Numbered from the stretch's first letter, positions 1-10,489 are shown. The stretch: 64,000 bases of DNA from a virus (IMGVR_UViG_3300027566_000006:34340-98339), one strand, 5' to 3'. A program made the numbers and translations. Notes: generated from the letters alone by a model not told the origin.

Positions 1-394
1 ACCTTTACACAGATATCCATTTGTCATAGGCACATCTATATCAGTCAATGTTGCTATATAATCATCTGCATATTGTTGTTCTTTTATTTTTATAGTTTCT
101 CCTACTAGATTTTTATACCACCAATCAGGACTACTACACTTTACTATTTTTACTTTTCTCAATTATAAAACCTCCTTTTTATAATTTATAAATCCCAATA
201 TAACGGCATCTATCTTTGCACCAAAACCCAGGTTTTGTAATGATTTTAATATAAATCAATTTACTGCCCACCTCAGTAATTTGACTTATATTAAAACGTC
301 CTAAGTAAACCCTAACCGTATATGAGAGGTTTATTATATTATTTCTTTGGTGGGTGAGGTAGCCAACCTCAAAAGAATTAATACCTATATTGGC

Positions 395-739
395 CTAAAC
401 TGAAATGTTAACTCTAAGTTTATTTAATTTATCTTGTAATTCTTCGACTACCCTTTCTACATCTTCCTTACCTATCAAATTACAAGAAACGTTAATAGTA
501 AGTTCATCTTTGCTTTCTTCTTCATTATTTTCAAGTAAGTTACCTATATAATTTAAACTTTTAATCCCACCACCGTAATCTGCCACTATATTTAAATCGC
601 ATTCTTTAATAATTAATATAGGTTTTCTACCTAAATTTATATATTTTCCATAATAATCATTGTGACATACTTTATAATATACCATTTCCATTATTGTTTC
701 GGATTTAACATCAAAAAATTCAATACTATATACCTGCAT
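395..739 (-). CDS. hypothetical phage protein
   Basis: 114-aa ORF with purine-rich RBS, co-oriented with neighbours. Confidence 0.6.
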   Translation of the reverse strand: MQVYSIEFFDVKSETIMEMVYYKVCHNDYYGKYINLGRKPILIIKECDLNIVADYGGGIKSLNYIGNLLENNEEESKDELTINVSCNLIGKEDVERVVEELQDKLNKLRVNISV

Positions 740-791
740 AATACTAATTCCTTCTTTCTTTTCATAGTTTTATTTTATTTTTTTAATATAA

Positions 792-1610
792 TTAACCTTC
801 TAATTTATATCCCAATCTTGTTTTTACTGTTTGTTTTTTGTTGTAACATTCTAATATTGCCTTAGCATATTTTAAATCTCCTCTTGCACTCATATCACTA
901 TTACCCATTCTTTTAATCATCATTGGTTCATATTTACTCAAATTTTTAACAAATATTTTTTCTTCAATATCATCACCATATATTTTTACTAACAGATATG
1001 TACCCATAAGAATATGTCTATCTAAAGAAGATGAAACACCAAACCATGTTTCTTTAATTAATCTTAAAACTCTTTCTAATCCTTCTTCTCCTAAATCATT
1101 ATAAATAACTTCTATTGCTTTAAGAGCAATAATTTTGTTATTACCCTTACCTCCAGAAAACGGCATTTCTAAACCAACTTTTTTTGCAGTATTCGCCATA
1201 GCAACTACATCCTTATCTCCACCAATATATAATGCTTTTAAACTATCCATTAATGAAAAAGAACTGGTATTTTTTCTAATTCTTCCTACTAAAATAGCTT
1301 CTTCTTCTTTTGTAAGACCATAATGAACTATGCAAGGTACTAAAAATTCTTTCCCTTCGTGAATTTTCTTTAAAGCTGAAAATCTGTTTTGACCATCAAA
1401 TATATTATACTTGCCATCTCTATAACTAACACTGATAATTCCTAATTGGTGAGGATCGTAATTTTTTATAATTCTTTTAATTACCAAAGGTTTTAATAAT
1501 CTTTGATATTCTTCACCTGAAGTTAAACTTTTAGATGATATTAATTGTAATTGAGTATAAGTTCCTTGCTCCACTAAACTAACAACTTTTTTATTCAACA
1601 TATTAATCAT
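792..1610 (-). CDS. ParB/Srx-fold (DUF6551-like) protein
   Basis: YQR...IFDGQNR motif of the ParB/DndB/DUF262 superfamily. Confidence 0.65.
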   Translation of the reverse strand: MINMLNKKVVSLVEQGTYTQLQLISSKSLTSGEEYQRLLKPLVIKRIIKNYDPHQLGIISVSYRDGKYNIFDGQNRFSALKKIHEGKEFLVPCIVHYGLTKEEEAILVGRIRKNTSSFSLMDSLKALYIGGDKDVVAMANTAKKVGLEMPFSGGKGNNKIIALKAIEVIYNDLGEEGLERVLRLIKETWFGVSSSLDRHILMGTYLLVKIYGDDIEEKIFVKNLSKYEPMMIKRMGNSDMSARGDLKYAKAILECYNKKQTVKTRLGYKLEG

Positions 1611-1616
1611 TCTCCT

Positions 1617-2723
1617 TTAAATTAATTTATTTTTTAATTCGTTTATTGTCATTTCAATATTATTTATCGCAGTAAGTAATTTGTTTTTACATATTAATTC
1701 CATATCTTCATATGAATCGCCCCCTTCTACATATCTTTTTACTGAAAAAACAAATGTGTTTATTGCTGCTTCTATTTCCATAGTTATATCTTCATCGTCA
1801 TAATCATTAATACTTTTATTGAGATTTTTTACATCTGCTTCTAAAGCTTCCATATCAATCCCTTCAAACATTTTTTTCTTTGCCTTTGGCTTATCATGAC
1901 AATCCCTGCATTCTGCTCTACCTTTATAAAATTCTAATATTGATTTTGTTTGTCCACATTGACTACATACTTTCTCACTTCCTTCTTCTTTTCCATTATT
2001 TTTTTTCATCCCATCATTAACGATCCCTAAGTCTTTCCTTATTGTTTGTACTGCTTTCTGAACAGGTATTTCTTTATTAATTACCTGTTTTTTTATTTCT
2101 TCTGATATATCTTCTAATGAATCTAACTCTGCTAAATCACTAGCTCCTCTAGCAGATTCATTAAGAACAGTTTTAAGAAACTCTGCGTCCTTTTCATTAC
2201 CTTGTTTTTTTAAATTATCTATTTTTTTTACTGCTGATTTTGCTCTGTCATATGTCTTACCTGAACCGATACCAACTTTTTCGGCAAGAATTTCACGTAC
2301 TTCACCTTTATTTGCTTCCGGTACATTGTCCGTAAGCAAAATACCACCCTGACCTCCAGATTGTCTCTGTCTAGCTTTCTCTTTTTCAATTACCTCCCAA
2401 ACTTCCGCTTCTTTCATTTTTTGATATGTAGATTTATCTCTATATTGATTCTCAAGAAGTAATCTTTCAAGTTCTTCATTTTCATTACTAAATGTAATTT
2501 TCTCACATGGCAATTCTTTTTTACCTAAACTTACACAAGCATAATATCGCCTATGACCACTAATTATTATATTATCTTGATTAACAATTAGATTAGTAAT
2601 TATATTACTTTTCTTTATCTGTTCTGCTAACTCTTTTATATTTTCTTCACCGTATATATCCTTGTTCATTGGATGAGGTTTCAACTTACTTATATTTATA
2701 TTGTTCATTTTTACTCCTTTCAA
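1617..2723 (-). CDS. ParB N-terminal domain protein with C-terminal Cys pairs
   Basis: LKPHPMN...IISGHRRY ParB/Srx motif; CSQC/CRDC. Confidence 0.75.
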   Translation of the reverse strand: MKGVKMNNINISKLKPHPMNKDIYGEENIKELAEQIKKSNIITNLIVNQDNIIISGHRRYYACVSLGKKELPCEKITFSNENEELERLLLENQYRDKSTYQKMKEAEVWEVIEKEKARQRQSGGQGGILLTDNVPEANKGEVREILAEKVGIGSGKTYDRAKSAVKKIDNLKKQGNEKDAEFLKTVLNESARGASDLAELDSLEDISEEIKKQVINKEIPVQKAVQTIRKDLGIVNDGMKKNNGKEEGSEKVCSQCGQTKSILEFYKGRAECRDCHDKPKAKKKMFEGIDMEALEADVKNLNKSINDYDDEDITMEIEAAINTFVFSVKRYVEGGDSYEDMELICKNKLLTAINNIEMTINELKNKLI

Positions 2724-3712
2724 CTTGCAAAATCAATTAAACTATTATTAGCCAATTCAATCCGTTTTATTATTTTATCTTTATGGGTACTCCCTTGCCC
2801 ACAGTATTGAGCATATTCACATTGAGGGTTATAATCTACTATAAAACCATTTACCCATTTAATAAATTGCTCAAATGATATCGTTAAATCTTGACAAGTC
2901 TTTAAAGTCATAATGAATATTGGTATATTAATCTTTTTAATTTGTTTATGTTTCTCTTTAAAAGCCGAATCAAGTAATCTAAATAACTCCTGGCATTGCT
3001 CTAATTCTTCTTCTTTGTAATTGTTTCTATATTGTTCAGCAAACTCTAAAACATCGTCATTGTTAAATGTTTTATATTTATAATTTGTTAGAAGAATTAA
3101 TGATTGTAGTACACAAGTTTGATCTTCTCCTCTTCTTAATTGATGAGGTGTAAAATATGCTTTCGTTTTGAAAAAATCTAATTCTAATATTTCATCTATA
3201 AACTTAGCTAACCTATCACCTAATCTAATTCTTGTTTTTTGATCTTTAGTAAGTGCAGTTCCGTTATTAAGTCTAAAAAATATTTCTTCAATTTCATCAT
3301 CCGTACAATCTTCAAATATATACATAAGTAAATTTGCGGTTGTTAGTTCTTCTTTTACTTCTTCAGGCAATTGAGAAAATTTCATTTTACTTATATCATA
3401 TACTTGATCGTCAATTGTTGTCTCTGGCATACCTTTTATCAATGCCCATTCACCTTTAATATAGCTTTTTATAGTGGTTAACCTTTGCTTTCCATCTAGT
3501 ATTGAATACTTCCCTGCATTCTCTCCTTGCTCTTGTATCGCATATAGAGGGGGTACAGGGTAATCAGATAATAAACTATGTATTAATAGACTTTTTTGCT
3601 CATCTGACCATTGCCCTGCTTTTCGTTGTATTGGATGATTAAATAATACATTCTCCTTGTCTATATTTTGGATTATTTTTTTAATAGTCCAAGATATGTT
3701 TAGTTTCTTCAT
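2720..3712 (-). CDS. DUF262 (GmrS-like ParB-fold) protein
   Basis: IQR..QW, LIHSLL, ILDGKQRLTT and IFFRLNNG are DUF262 hallmarks. Confidence 0.8.
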   Translation of the reverse strand: MKKLNISWTIKKIIQNIDKENVLFNHPIQRKAGQWSDEQKSLLIHSLLSDYPVPPLYAIQEQGENAGKYSILDGKQRLTTIKSYIKGEWALIKGMPETTIDDQVYDISKMKFSQLPEEVKEELTTANLLMYIFEDCTDDEIEEIFFRLNNGTALTKDQKTRIRLGDRLAKFIDEILELDFFKTKAYFTPHQLRRGEDQTCVLQSLILLTNYKYKTFNNDDVLEFAEQYRNNYKEEELEQCQELFRLLDSAFKEKHKQIKKINIPIFIMTLKTCQDLTISFEQFIKWVNGFIVDYNPQCEYAQYCGQGSTHKDKIIKRIELANNSLIDFAS

Positions 3713-3744
3713 AATTATATTTCCTTTCTATAATTTTTGTTACA

Positions 3745-3944
3745 TTATTTTTTAATATATTCCACTATATCGCCTGGTTGACAATCTAAAACTTTGCAAA
3801 TCTTATCAATCACCTCAAGAGATACATATTCATTTGAACTTAATCTAGCCAAAGTGGAAGAAGAAATACTTATCATATCTTTAAGTTGTGTTTTTTAATA
3901 TCCCTATCAATCAATAGTTTTTGTAATTTTTTATAGCTAATCGT
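3745..3944 (-). pseudogene. inactivated Cro/C1-type (HTH_26-like) regulator
   Basis: Reconstructs to (M)ISYKKLQKLLIDRDIKKTQLKDMISISSSTLARLSSNEYVSLEVIDKICKVLDCQPGDIVEY only if start ACG is read as ATG and one A is added to the A6 run at 3891-3896; RBS GAGGTG intact. Confidence 0.8.
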
Positions 3945-3975
3945 AGGTATCACCTCTTTTAATTACATTTATATT

Positions 3976-4004
3976 ATTATACAAATATAATTTAGATTAG
4001 TCAA
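3976..4004 (-). promoter_or_regulatory. sigmaA promoter
   Basis: TTGACT-17-TATAAT. Confidence 0.75.
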
Positions 4005-4040
4005 ACTTATTTGATCCAAATGATTGTTTGACGTTGTTAT

Positions 4041-4352
4041 TTACCATCCACTAATATGCATTCCTTCTGTACTGTATATTCTTACATATTTATATTGTTG
4101 TTCTAAACAACTGTTATTGTTTATGTAATCAATTGCTTCATCCTCTGTTTTAAATTCCTCTGATACCTGTTGAAAGTCTCCACCATTATCTTCTTTAACT
4201 CTTACGTTATACCCCGTTGCGGTTCTGTTTGCTTTGCTAGTATAGCTCTCTATATGTTTTCCTTCTGGTAATCCATCAAAAGGCATACTTAAACACGGTT
4301 GAATTGCTTTATTTCTACGTTTATTAAACTTCATTGCTTTAGCATAACTCAT
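4041..4352 (-). CDS. hypothetical protein (cassette-like)
   Basis: ORF with RBS, bounded by palindromic sites at 4016 and 4379. Confidence 0.65.
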   Translation of the reverse strand: MSYAKAMKFNKRRNKAIQPCLSMPFDGLPEGKHIESYTSKANRTATGYNVRVKEDNGGDFQQVSEEFKTEDEAIDYINNNSCLEQQYKYVRIYSTEGMHISGW

Positions 4353-4395
4353 TTGTTTGCCCCTTCCCTGTTATTGATCCAAATACCTATTTGGT

Positions 4396-4590
4396 TTAAA
4401 TATATGCTTCCCACCATACCATATCATAATTAAATCCACCAACTATAGTTTCACATCTTTGACAATAAAACTTATTATCTTTAAAACTTAAATAATCTCT
4501 TTGTGTCCAATAAGCATCCCAACAATGTTCATTTTCCATAAGGTAATCTATTAATTCTTGTTTAGTTTGAAAATGTTCCCACATCATCAT
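4396..4590 (-). CDS. hypothetical protein
   Basis: ORF with AAGGAG RBS. Confidence 0.6.
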   Translation of the reverse strand: MMMWEHFQTKQELIDYLMENEHCWDAYWTQRDYLSFKDNKFYCQRCETIVGGFNYDMVWWEAYI

Positions 4591-4626
4591 TTATCACTCC
4601 TTTAATTTATTATATCTTATAATATA

Positions 4627-4655
4627 ATTATAAGTCTATATGTTGCTATTGTCAA
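4627..4655 (-). promoter_or_regulatory. sigmaA promoter
   Basis: perfect TTGACA-17-TATAAT. Confidence 0.85.
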
Positions 4656-4671
4656 CATGATTTTTATACTT

Positions 4672-5544
4672 TTATTTTAATATGTATTTAAAAATATGTG
4701 CTATAACATCAACAGTCCAGCCATTACCAAGCATTTTATATCTTTGTGTATTGCTTACCCCTTCAGTATAATTATCAGGTAATGTTTGAAGTCTTTCACA
4801 TTCTACAGGTGTTGCCATTCTTAAATCCTTTGCTAAAATTACACTTCTTTTTCCGTCTGCTCCTTTAAAATAATTAGCATCTAAACATAAAAATTTACTA
4901 TTATTAAGATCATCAATAATACAATCTTTATATCCTAATCCTTTTTCTTTTGCTCTTATGTTTATTTTAACTAATCTTTCTACTGCTATGTCGGTAAGAT
5001 AATATTTATTTTCAATTTCTAAATCATCTTGTAATATATCAACAACATATATATTTTTATTTTCTGGTTGAATAATATTAGGTATGTTAGTCCAATATAA
5101 TCTTTCCCTATTTAAAGCTGATACTAATGATGAATTGATTGATATTGGTTGCACTCCTAATTCTTTTGAAATTATATCTCTATCTATCTTCTTCATACTT
5201 GCTACATTTTCAAAAAGAAAATATTTTGGTTTGACACTTTTCAATGCTTCGATATATTTCCAAAACAGACCACTTTTACTTCCATTAATACCCTGCCTGT
5301 CTTTTTTAGCAATACTTAAATCTTGACAAGGGCTACCTCCTATAAGTAGATCAATATTATCAAATTGCTTCAAATTAATGTTGTTTATATCTCCTAATTG
5401 TATAGTGCCAGGATAGTTCTTTTGAGTAATCTGTATAGCATACTTATCAATTTCACTAGCATAATATGTATCCACTTTAATTCCTGCTCTTTCGAGAGCA
5501 ATCTGGCCGCAACTCATACCATCGAATAAACTTAAAACATTCAA
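4672..5544 (-). CDS. DNA (cytosine-5) methyltransferase, orphan
   Basis: Motifs I (SLFDG), IV (GGSPCQ), VI (FENV), IX/X (ERLQTLP, LGNGW). Confidence 0.92.
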   Translation of the reverse strand: MNVLSLFDGMSCGQIALERAGIKVDTYYASEIDKYAIQITQKNYPGTIQLGDINNINLKQFDNIDLLIGGSPCQDLSIAKKDRQGINGSKSGLFWKYIEALKSVKPKYFLFENVASMKKIDRDIISKELGVQPISINSSLVSALNRERLYWTNIPNIIQPENKNIYVVDILQDDLEIENKYYLTDIAVERLVKINIRAKEKGLGYKDCIIDDLNNSKFLCLDANYFKGADGKRSVILAKDLRMATPVECERLQTLPDNYTEGVSNTQRYKMLGNGWTVDVIAHIFKYILK

Positions 5545-5647
5545 TTAAATATTTTACCCTCCTTATATTTATATTATATAACTATTAAATATTTATAAAT
5601 ACTTTCAATAAGCCTCACATCCTTTAATATTTATCTTTAAACGCAAA

Positions 5648-5708
5648 AAAGCGGTATTGGTTTTATTAATCTAAATGTTATCAGACTAAATCCACCAATA
5701 CCGCTTTA
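5648..5708. terminator. intergenic stem-loop/terminator
   Basis: AAAGCGGTATTGGT...ACCAATACCGCTTT inverted repeat. Confidence 0.6.
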
Positions 5709-5754
5709 AGTCTAATATATTCAATTTTATTTTAAACTTATATTACATTCTTGT

Positions 5755-5946
5755 TTATACTTGCCTTTTATCGTATTCTGCTTTAGTAATTTCTACATAA
5801 GTCATTAACTCATCTTTCTCTAAGGTAAATTCATCTAAACCTATTTCATTGACCATGATGATTTTATTACCTTCTTCTTTGCCTCTATACACCCATCCGA
5901 ATTCACATGAATCTTTGTTGATATCCATAAAATATTTATAAGGCAT
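5755..5946 (-). CDS. hypothetical protein
   Basis: ORF with AAGGAG RBS. Confidence 0.6.
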   Translation of the reverse strand: MPYKYFMDINKDSCEFGWVYRGKEEGNKIIMVNEIGLDEFTLEKDELMTYVEITKAEYDKRQV

Positions 5947-6035
5947 GATTCAACACTCCTTTTTATTTATTCTAAAGGCATATTATTAAAATGTCAACCA
6001 TATTTATTTTTACCCTTTAATATCATATTTTTAAC

Positions 6036-6170
6036 TTAGTTACATTCTTTACAAAAATAACATTCTTCGTTATCATGAATTTCAATAGTATAATCTTTAT
6101 TTAAAATTAAATTATTTAAATCAATTTTTCTTCCACATTGGCTGCATTCAACATAAAAACTATCTAACAT
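6036..6170 (-). CDS. small Zn-ribbon protein (not in ORF track)
   Basis: MLDSFYVECSQCGRK...CYFCKECN with AGGAG RBS. Confidence 0.55.
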   Translation of the reverse strand: MLDSFYVECSQCGRKIDLNNLILNKDYTIEIHDNEECYFCKECN

Positions 6171-6256
6171 TTTAAATCTCCTTCAATCTCCTTTATACTC
6201 TATTATACTATGTTTTTCCAAACTCAAAATCGTTACAAAATGCCTGATTTATTTTG

Positions 6257-6589
6257 TTATGCTTTTAGTAATTCAATAATATAGTCTACTGCTCCGCTAA
6301 AATCATCATATCTGAAATATTTAGAACTACTCCAAAATTTATCCGAATATTGAAAAGCACTTGATTCATGTTTCACACTACTATAAACAACAATTTCATC
6401 ACTGTTTCTATTCTCACTAAAAGCAATTGTTTGAATTTTTGCTTCATCGTTATAATTGCAAACTCTATACCCTTGCTCTCTGCAATTTTCAAACATTTCA
6501 AAACTGGACTTAATATTTTGTGTGCGGGTATCCTCCATTAGCATATTTTTAATCTTTTCAGCATATTCAATCTTTCCTAATTCTAACAT
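6257..6589 (-). CDS. hypothetical protein
   Basis: ORF with RBS. Confidence 0.65.
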   Translation of the reverse strand: MLELGKIEYAEKIKNMLMEDTRTQNIKSSFEMFENCREQGYRVCNYNDEAKIQTIAFSENRNSDEIVVYSSVKHESSAFQYSDKFWSSSKYFRYDDFSGAVDYIIELLKA

Positions 6590-6627
6590 TTCAAATCCCT
6601 TCCTTTCATCCTTATAAAATATTAGTT

Positions 6628-6903
6628 TTATCCAATGTCCATTAATTCTGCCGTAATATTTAATGTTTTTCCGTTTATATCATACTGTGTAAACACTGTC
6701 CCGCCATCTGCAACATATCCTAATTCGTCTTCTCCTCTTAGAATTATGTTTAGGAATGTGTTATCCTCAACACCTTTTAAAAACTCTTTCAGTTCTCCAA
6801 CTGTTGTAATATTAACATTACATTCTTTGTATAATTCTTTCCGGTCTGCCTTTTTAGTTGTTTTTCTTTCCTCTTTAAATTCTTCTATTGAATATGGTAA
6901 CAT
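6628..6903 (-). CDS. hypothetical protein
   Basis: ORF with RBS. Confidence 0.65.
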   Translation of the reverse strand: MLPYSIEEFKEERKTTKKADRKELYKECNVNITTVGELKEFLKGVEDNTFLNIILRGEDELGYVADGGTVFTQYDINGKTLNITAELMDIG

Positions 6904-6958
6904 TTCAATACACTTCCTTTCAATTCGTTATAGAATCTGAATTTCAAACAAATATTTA

Positions 6959-7252
6959 TTATGCTGTCAATACTGGCATTTCTGTGATTTTAACTTTTAA
7001 GGTGTATTTATCAAAATCATGTGTCCCGCAAATTACTTTAAATAACTTTGTAGTTACCGTCACATCCTCTGAATACTTAACTGTTTTTTCTTCTAAATAT
7101 TTTACTTTTATTTCTTCTGCTTTTTTAGACCACTTGTTCATTAAAGTTTCTACAATGGCCTTTTTTAATTTTTGATTAGATGGAATTTTATTGTAGACTA
7201 AAATTGTTGAGTATTTAAATTCTAACTCCACATATTGAATGGTTCTACTCAT
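6959..7252 (-). CDS. hypothetical protein
   Basis: ORF with RBS. Confidence 0.65.
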   Translation of the reverse strand: MSRTIQYVELEFKYSTILVYNKIPSNQKLKKAIVETLMNKWSKKAEEIKVKYLEEKTVKYSEDVTVTTKLFKVICGTHDFDKYTLKVKITEMPVLTA

Positions 7253-7302
7253 TTTCTACCCTTCCTTTCTTGATAAAAAAGTTATTTGGTTTTGATGTAT
7301 TA

Positions 7303-7332
7303 ATTATACCATACTCACAACATGATATGCAA
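7303..7332 (-). promoter_or_regulatory. sigmaA promoter (extended -10)
   Basis: TTGCAT-18-TATAAT with TG. Confidence 0.6.
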
Positions 7333-7358
7333 GCACATTCTTTATTTTATTCTTTTGT

Positions 7359-7541
7359 TTACGCTACCCTCTTGAGGTAACTTTGTCTCGCTGTTATATG
7401 CCTATTCATTCTTGTTTTCTTTATCTCTAGAGCGTTTTTCATTGATAAGTAATTAACCATAAAGCAACTAAATACAATTAGTATCCATCCGGCTGCAAAG
7501 TATTTAATGACTAGGGAAGAGACTGTTATTATATCATTCAT
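7359..7541 (-). CDS. small membrane protein
   Basis: single hydrophobic helix, GGAGG RBS. Confidence 0.6.
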   Translation of the reverse strand: MNDIITVSSLVIKYFAAGWILIVFSCFMVNYLSMKNALEIKKTRMNRHITARQSYLKRVA

Positions 7542-7631
7542 TGTTATACCTCCTTTAGTTTATTTTTTATATTATAGTTATAAGGTTTTTGAATTAAGCA
7601 GAACCTTTTAAACTGCTGTTATTGTTTTAGT

Positions 7632-9200
7632 TTACATTGCCGAACTATTTATATTTAACCTGTTCATCTCTTTTAATATCCTTTTAAATGCTTCTTGATA
7701 ATCTGTATCGCATGCTTTAGTACCCCATGCCATTTTACCAGTTATGTGATTCTTAATTATTGTTATTGCCTGTTCAAAGGTTTTATACTCGGCTGATTCT
7801 TTAATCATTGGGAATTTATAACCTTGTTGTAATACTTCTTTTAATGCCTTACCTGTTATAATAGTTTCCCAATTTCCCATATTGATAAAACGCTGATCAT
7901 CATCAAAATGCGGTCTGTTATAGAAGTTAGAGATAGTATATATTTTATTCTCAATTATATTATGGTTTTCTATTGCTGTTACTTTACGGTTACATTTATA
8001 AATAATTGTCGGTTCTGTATCATTTCCAGTATATACTTCATCCTCCCAAAACAATTCTGATCCTGTTAATAGTTCGGAGATTTTATGATATTTCTTGCTG
8101 TTATTATCCATTTTTAAGTAAGTTACTGTATATAGAGTATTTTCTTCAACATCTTCTGGAGTGATATTTTTAACTTCTGCCAACATACTGTTATTGTAAT
8201 TTTCAAGTTCTTCTGCTTCTTTTCTTCTTCTCTGTTCTCCTTTTTTTATATTGCAGTTCTCATCAAAGTATAATGTATTGCTGTCAAAACTATGGCAATT
8301 AAAGCTTAACGGTGTTATACCTTCTTTTGTTTCTCCTGCTGATACCCACCAACCTGAAGAACTTTCGATTATTCTTTCTGCTAAATGTATTAAATCAAGT
8401 GATGAGCCTCTTCCATAATTACATGCTGCATCATAAGCATAATCATCTGAATAATACCCGTCTTTTACTCCTTTGAATATTTGACCTGATAAAATAGCTT
8501 TCCAAACATGAGCAATAGTCCATTTTTTTGGTGTTTTAATTGGTTTGATTTCAACGAATGGAGAAAAGGTATTAATTCCTTTTTGTGAACCTTTGTCTAT
8601 CTCTAAAGTTTCAATATTCAATGAATCGGTTATTATTGCGTTATGAAATGCTTTTACGGTTTCAATTTCGCCGATGTTCCACAATTCTGTTAATACAGAT
8701 TTATGGTCATCCCATACATTTTTACGGATTGAATAACGATTACATTCTTTACCAATTTTTAATGCATTGGTAAGGTCGATTAATACTGCACTATCAGCAT
8801 AAAAATGAATATATGCGTTAATATCTGCAAAGTAGCCGGAAACTCTGCTATTCAATTCTATATCGCTTGATTTAAAGATTTCTGTACTACCTACAGTATT
8901 GTAAGAGGGAAAATAAGATTGTTCTGGTTTGGTTGTTGTGGTCTGGTTGCTATTATCTGTTATTACTAATTCTTGATCCTGGTTAATTTCTCCGCTTAAT
9001 TCTTGAGCCAATTTTAAAGTTTTTTCTGATTGTTTGGCATACCACAATTCTTTTTTCCATGAGAATCTAAATCCTGCATCTTTTAGAATGTTTTTAATGG
9101 TGTTATTTGGTTTCTCATCTTTAGGCCAATATAATTCCACTCCGTTTAATTCCTCATTGATTGCCATTTTAATACTGTTATTGTCTGACATTGCCAACAC
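7632..9200 (-). CDS. large polyvalent-type early protein
   Basis: N-terminal GVELY..KP...LK.AGFR...WYAK motif of the kind seen in phage/plasmid polyvalent proteins; likely ATG start at 9191. Confidence 0.5.
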   Translation of the reverse strand: MLAMSDNNSIKMAINEELNGVELYWPKDEKPNNTIKNILKDAGFRFSWKKELWYAKQSEKTLKLAQELSGEINQDQELVITDNSNQTTTTKPEQSYFPSYNTVGSTEIFKSSDIELNSRVSGYFADINAYIHFYADSAVLIDLTNALKIGKECNRYSIRKNVWDDHKSVLTELWNIGEIETVKAFHNAIITDSLNIETLEIDKGSQKGINTFSPFVEIKPIKTPKKWTIAHVWKAILSGQIFKGVKDGYYSDDYAYDAACNYGRGSSLDLIHLAERIIESSSGWWVSAGETKEGITPLSFNCHSFDSNTLYFDENCNIKKGEQRRRKEAEELENYNNSMLAEVKNITPEDVEENTLYTVTYLKMDNNSKKYHKISELLTGSELFWEDEVYTGNDTEPTIIYKCNRKVTAIENHNIIENKIYTISNFYNRPHFDDDQRFINMGNWETIITGKALKEVLQQGYKFPMIKESAEYKTFEQAITIIKNHITGKMAWGTKACDTDYQEAFKRILKEMNRLNINSSAM

Positions 9201-9271
9201 TCCTTTTATTTTTATTAATTAAACTCTTATTTTGGGATACTACTTAGAGCATCCCAACTATAAGAATTCAC

Positions 9272-9676
9272 TTAATTATTTTCGTAAAATTCTATAGTCT
9301 CAGCTATTGCAACTTGATACTCTTCAATGCTGTTATACTGATTTACCGTTATATCACCTTCGCAGTATGTGTATATATTATATGCGTTGTTATCGGCTAA
9401 TACTGCTCTATATCCGTCAACAAAGAGACAACTGGTGTTATAATGTTTATTTACTATGGATTGGAATGTGTAACAATCTCCGCATATATGGCCTCCATAA
9501 TATAGAATAGAATTATCTTCTTTAATTCTGGAATGTAAGCATATATCAATTATTTTATTACCTGTTAAGGGATAGTCTGGAATGATTTCATATTTATTAA
9601 AATTGATTCCCTTATAGTTATTATCACTTAGAATAGTTTGAAATTGTTCTGCTGTTACCTTAATTATATTTTCCAT
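9272..9676 (-). CDS. hypothetical early protein
   Basis: ORF with AAGGAG RBS. Confidence 0.65.
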   Translation of the reverse strand: MENIIKVTAEQFQTILSDNNYKGINFNKYEIIPDYPLTGNKIIDICLHSRIKEDNSILYYGGHICGDCYTFQSIVNKHYNTSCLFVDGYRAVLADNNAYNIYTYCEGDITVNQYNSIEEYQVAIAETIEFYENN

Positions 9677-9714
9677 TTTATAACACTCCTTTTTTCTTTA
9701 AACTTTATATTATA

Positions 9715-9743
9715 ATTATAATGGTTTAGTTTCATGTTGTCAA
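9715..9743 (-). promoter_or_regulatory. sigmaA promoter
   Basis: perfect TTGACA-17-TATAAT. Confidence 0.85.
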
Positions 9744-9753
9744 CATTATTTTC

Positions 9754-9924
9754 TTAGCCTGTAGGCTCAAGATTATATTTTTCACACCATGAGCAAAATA
9801 CATCAATATTAGCTTTTACTCCTTGCTGCTGTCTTACTGCTTGATATTGGTTATAATCTGCGTACCAACATCCTGCTACCTTATAAGCCTTTACCCCGTT
9901 AATGTGTCTTGTTTTCTTTTCCAT
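9754..9924 (-). CDS. small hypothetical protein (56 aa, not in track)
   Basis: MEKKTRHINGVKAYKVAGCWY..., AAGGAG RBS. Confidence 0.5.
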   Translation of the reverse strand: MEKKTRHINGVKAYKVAGCWYADYNQYQAVRQQQGVKANIDVFCSWCEKYNLEPTG

Positions 9925-10042
9925 TATTTCCAACTCCTTTTTTGTTTTTTATTTTTATTTAAGCTTAACACTTACAGAGGTTAACACTGGCTGTTATTAT
10001 ATTTTGTTTGTGTTATGTGTTAACCTTTAAAATGTTAATTCG

Positions 10043-10222
10043 TTATTTGGTTACATACCATGCCACAAATTTATTTTCTGTTCCATCTTGACTACTCCAA
10101 GGCGTATAATGTGCCTTATGATTTTTTCTAATATAGGTATTTAGATTTTCATTATTGCAAAATATTTTTGCTTGTTCTTCAGTATCAAAAAACTTAAATG
10201 TTGACTTATATCTGATGCTCAT
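10043..10222 (-). CDS. small hypothetical protein (59 aa, not in track)
   Basis: MSIRYKSTFKFFDTEEQAK..., AAGGAG upstream. Confidence 0.5.
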   Translation of the reverse strand: MSIRYKSTFKFFDTEEQAKIFCNNENLNTYIRKNHKAHYTPWSSQDGTENKFVAWYVTK

Positions 10223-10258
10223 AATATAAACATACTCCTTTTTATTTTTTGTTCTGTA

Positions 10259-10489
10259 CTAATTTGTTTTAATGGCAGGAATATTATATAAAACAATTTT
10301 CCCACTATCATTATATATATTATTGCAAACGCTCATTTTAAAATATTTTTTACCTTTTTTGATTCCTTCTATTACAAAGGATAATCCTTTTTCCTCCGCT
10401 TCTTTTAGTTCTAATTCCTCGAAAGATGTATTGTTGCTCCATCCATCTTTTATGAATTTATTTGTTATTTGTTCCACTGTTTTAAACAT
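10259..10489 (-). CDS. hypothetical protein (start revised to MFKTV)
   Basis: GGAGG RBS precedes ATG at 10489. Confidence 0.55.
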   Translation of the reverse strand: MFKTVEQITNKFIKDGWSNNTSFEELELKEAEEKGLSFVIEGIKKGKKYFKMSVCNNIYNDSGKIVLYNIPAIKTN

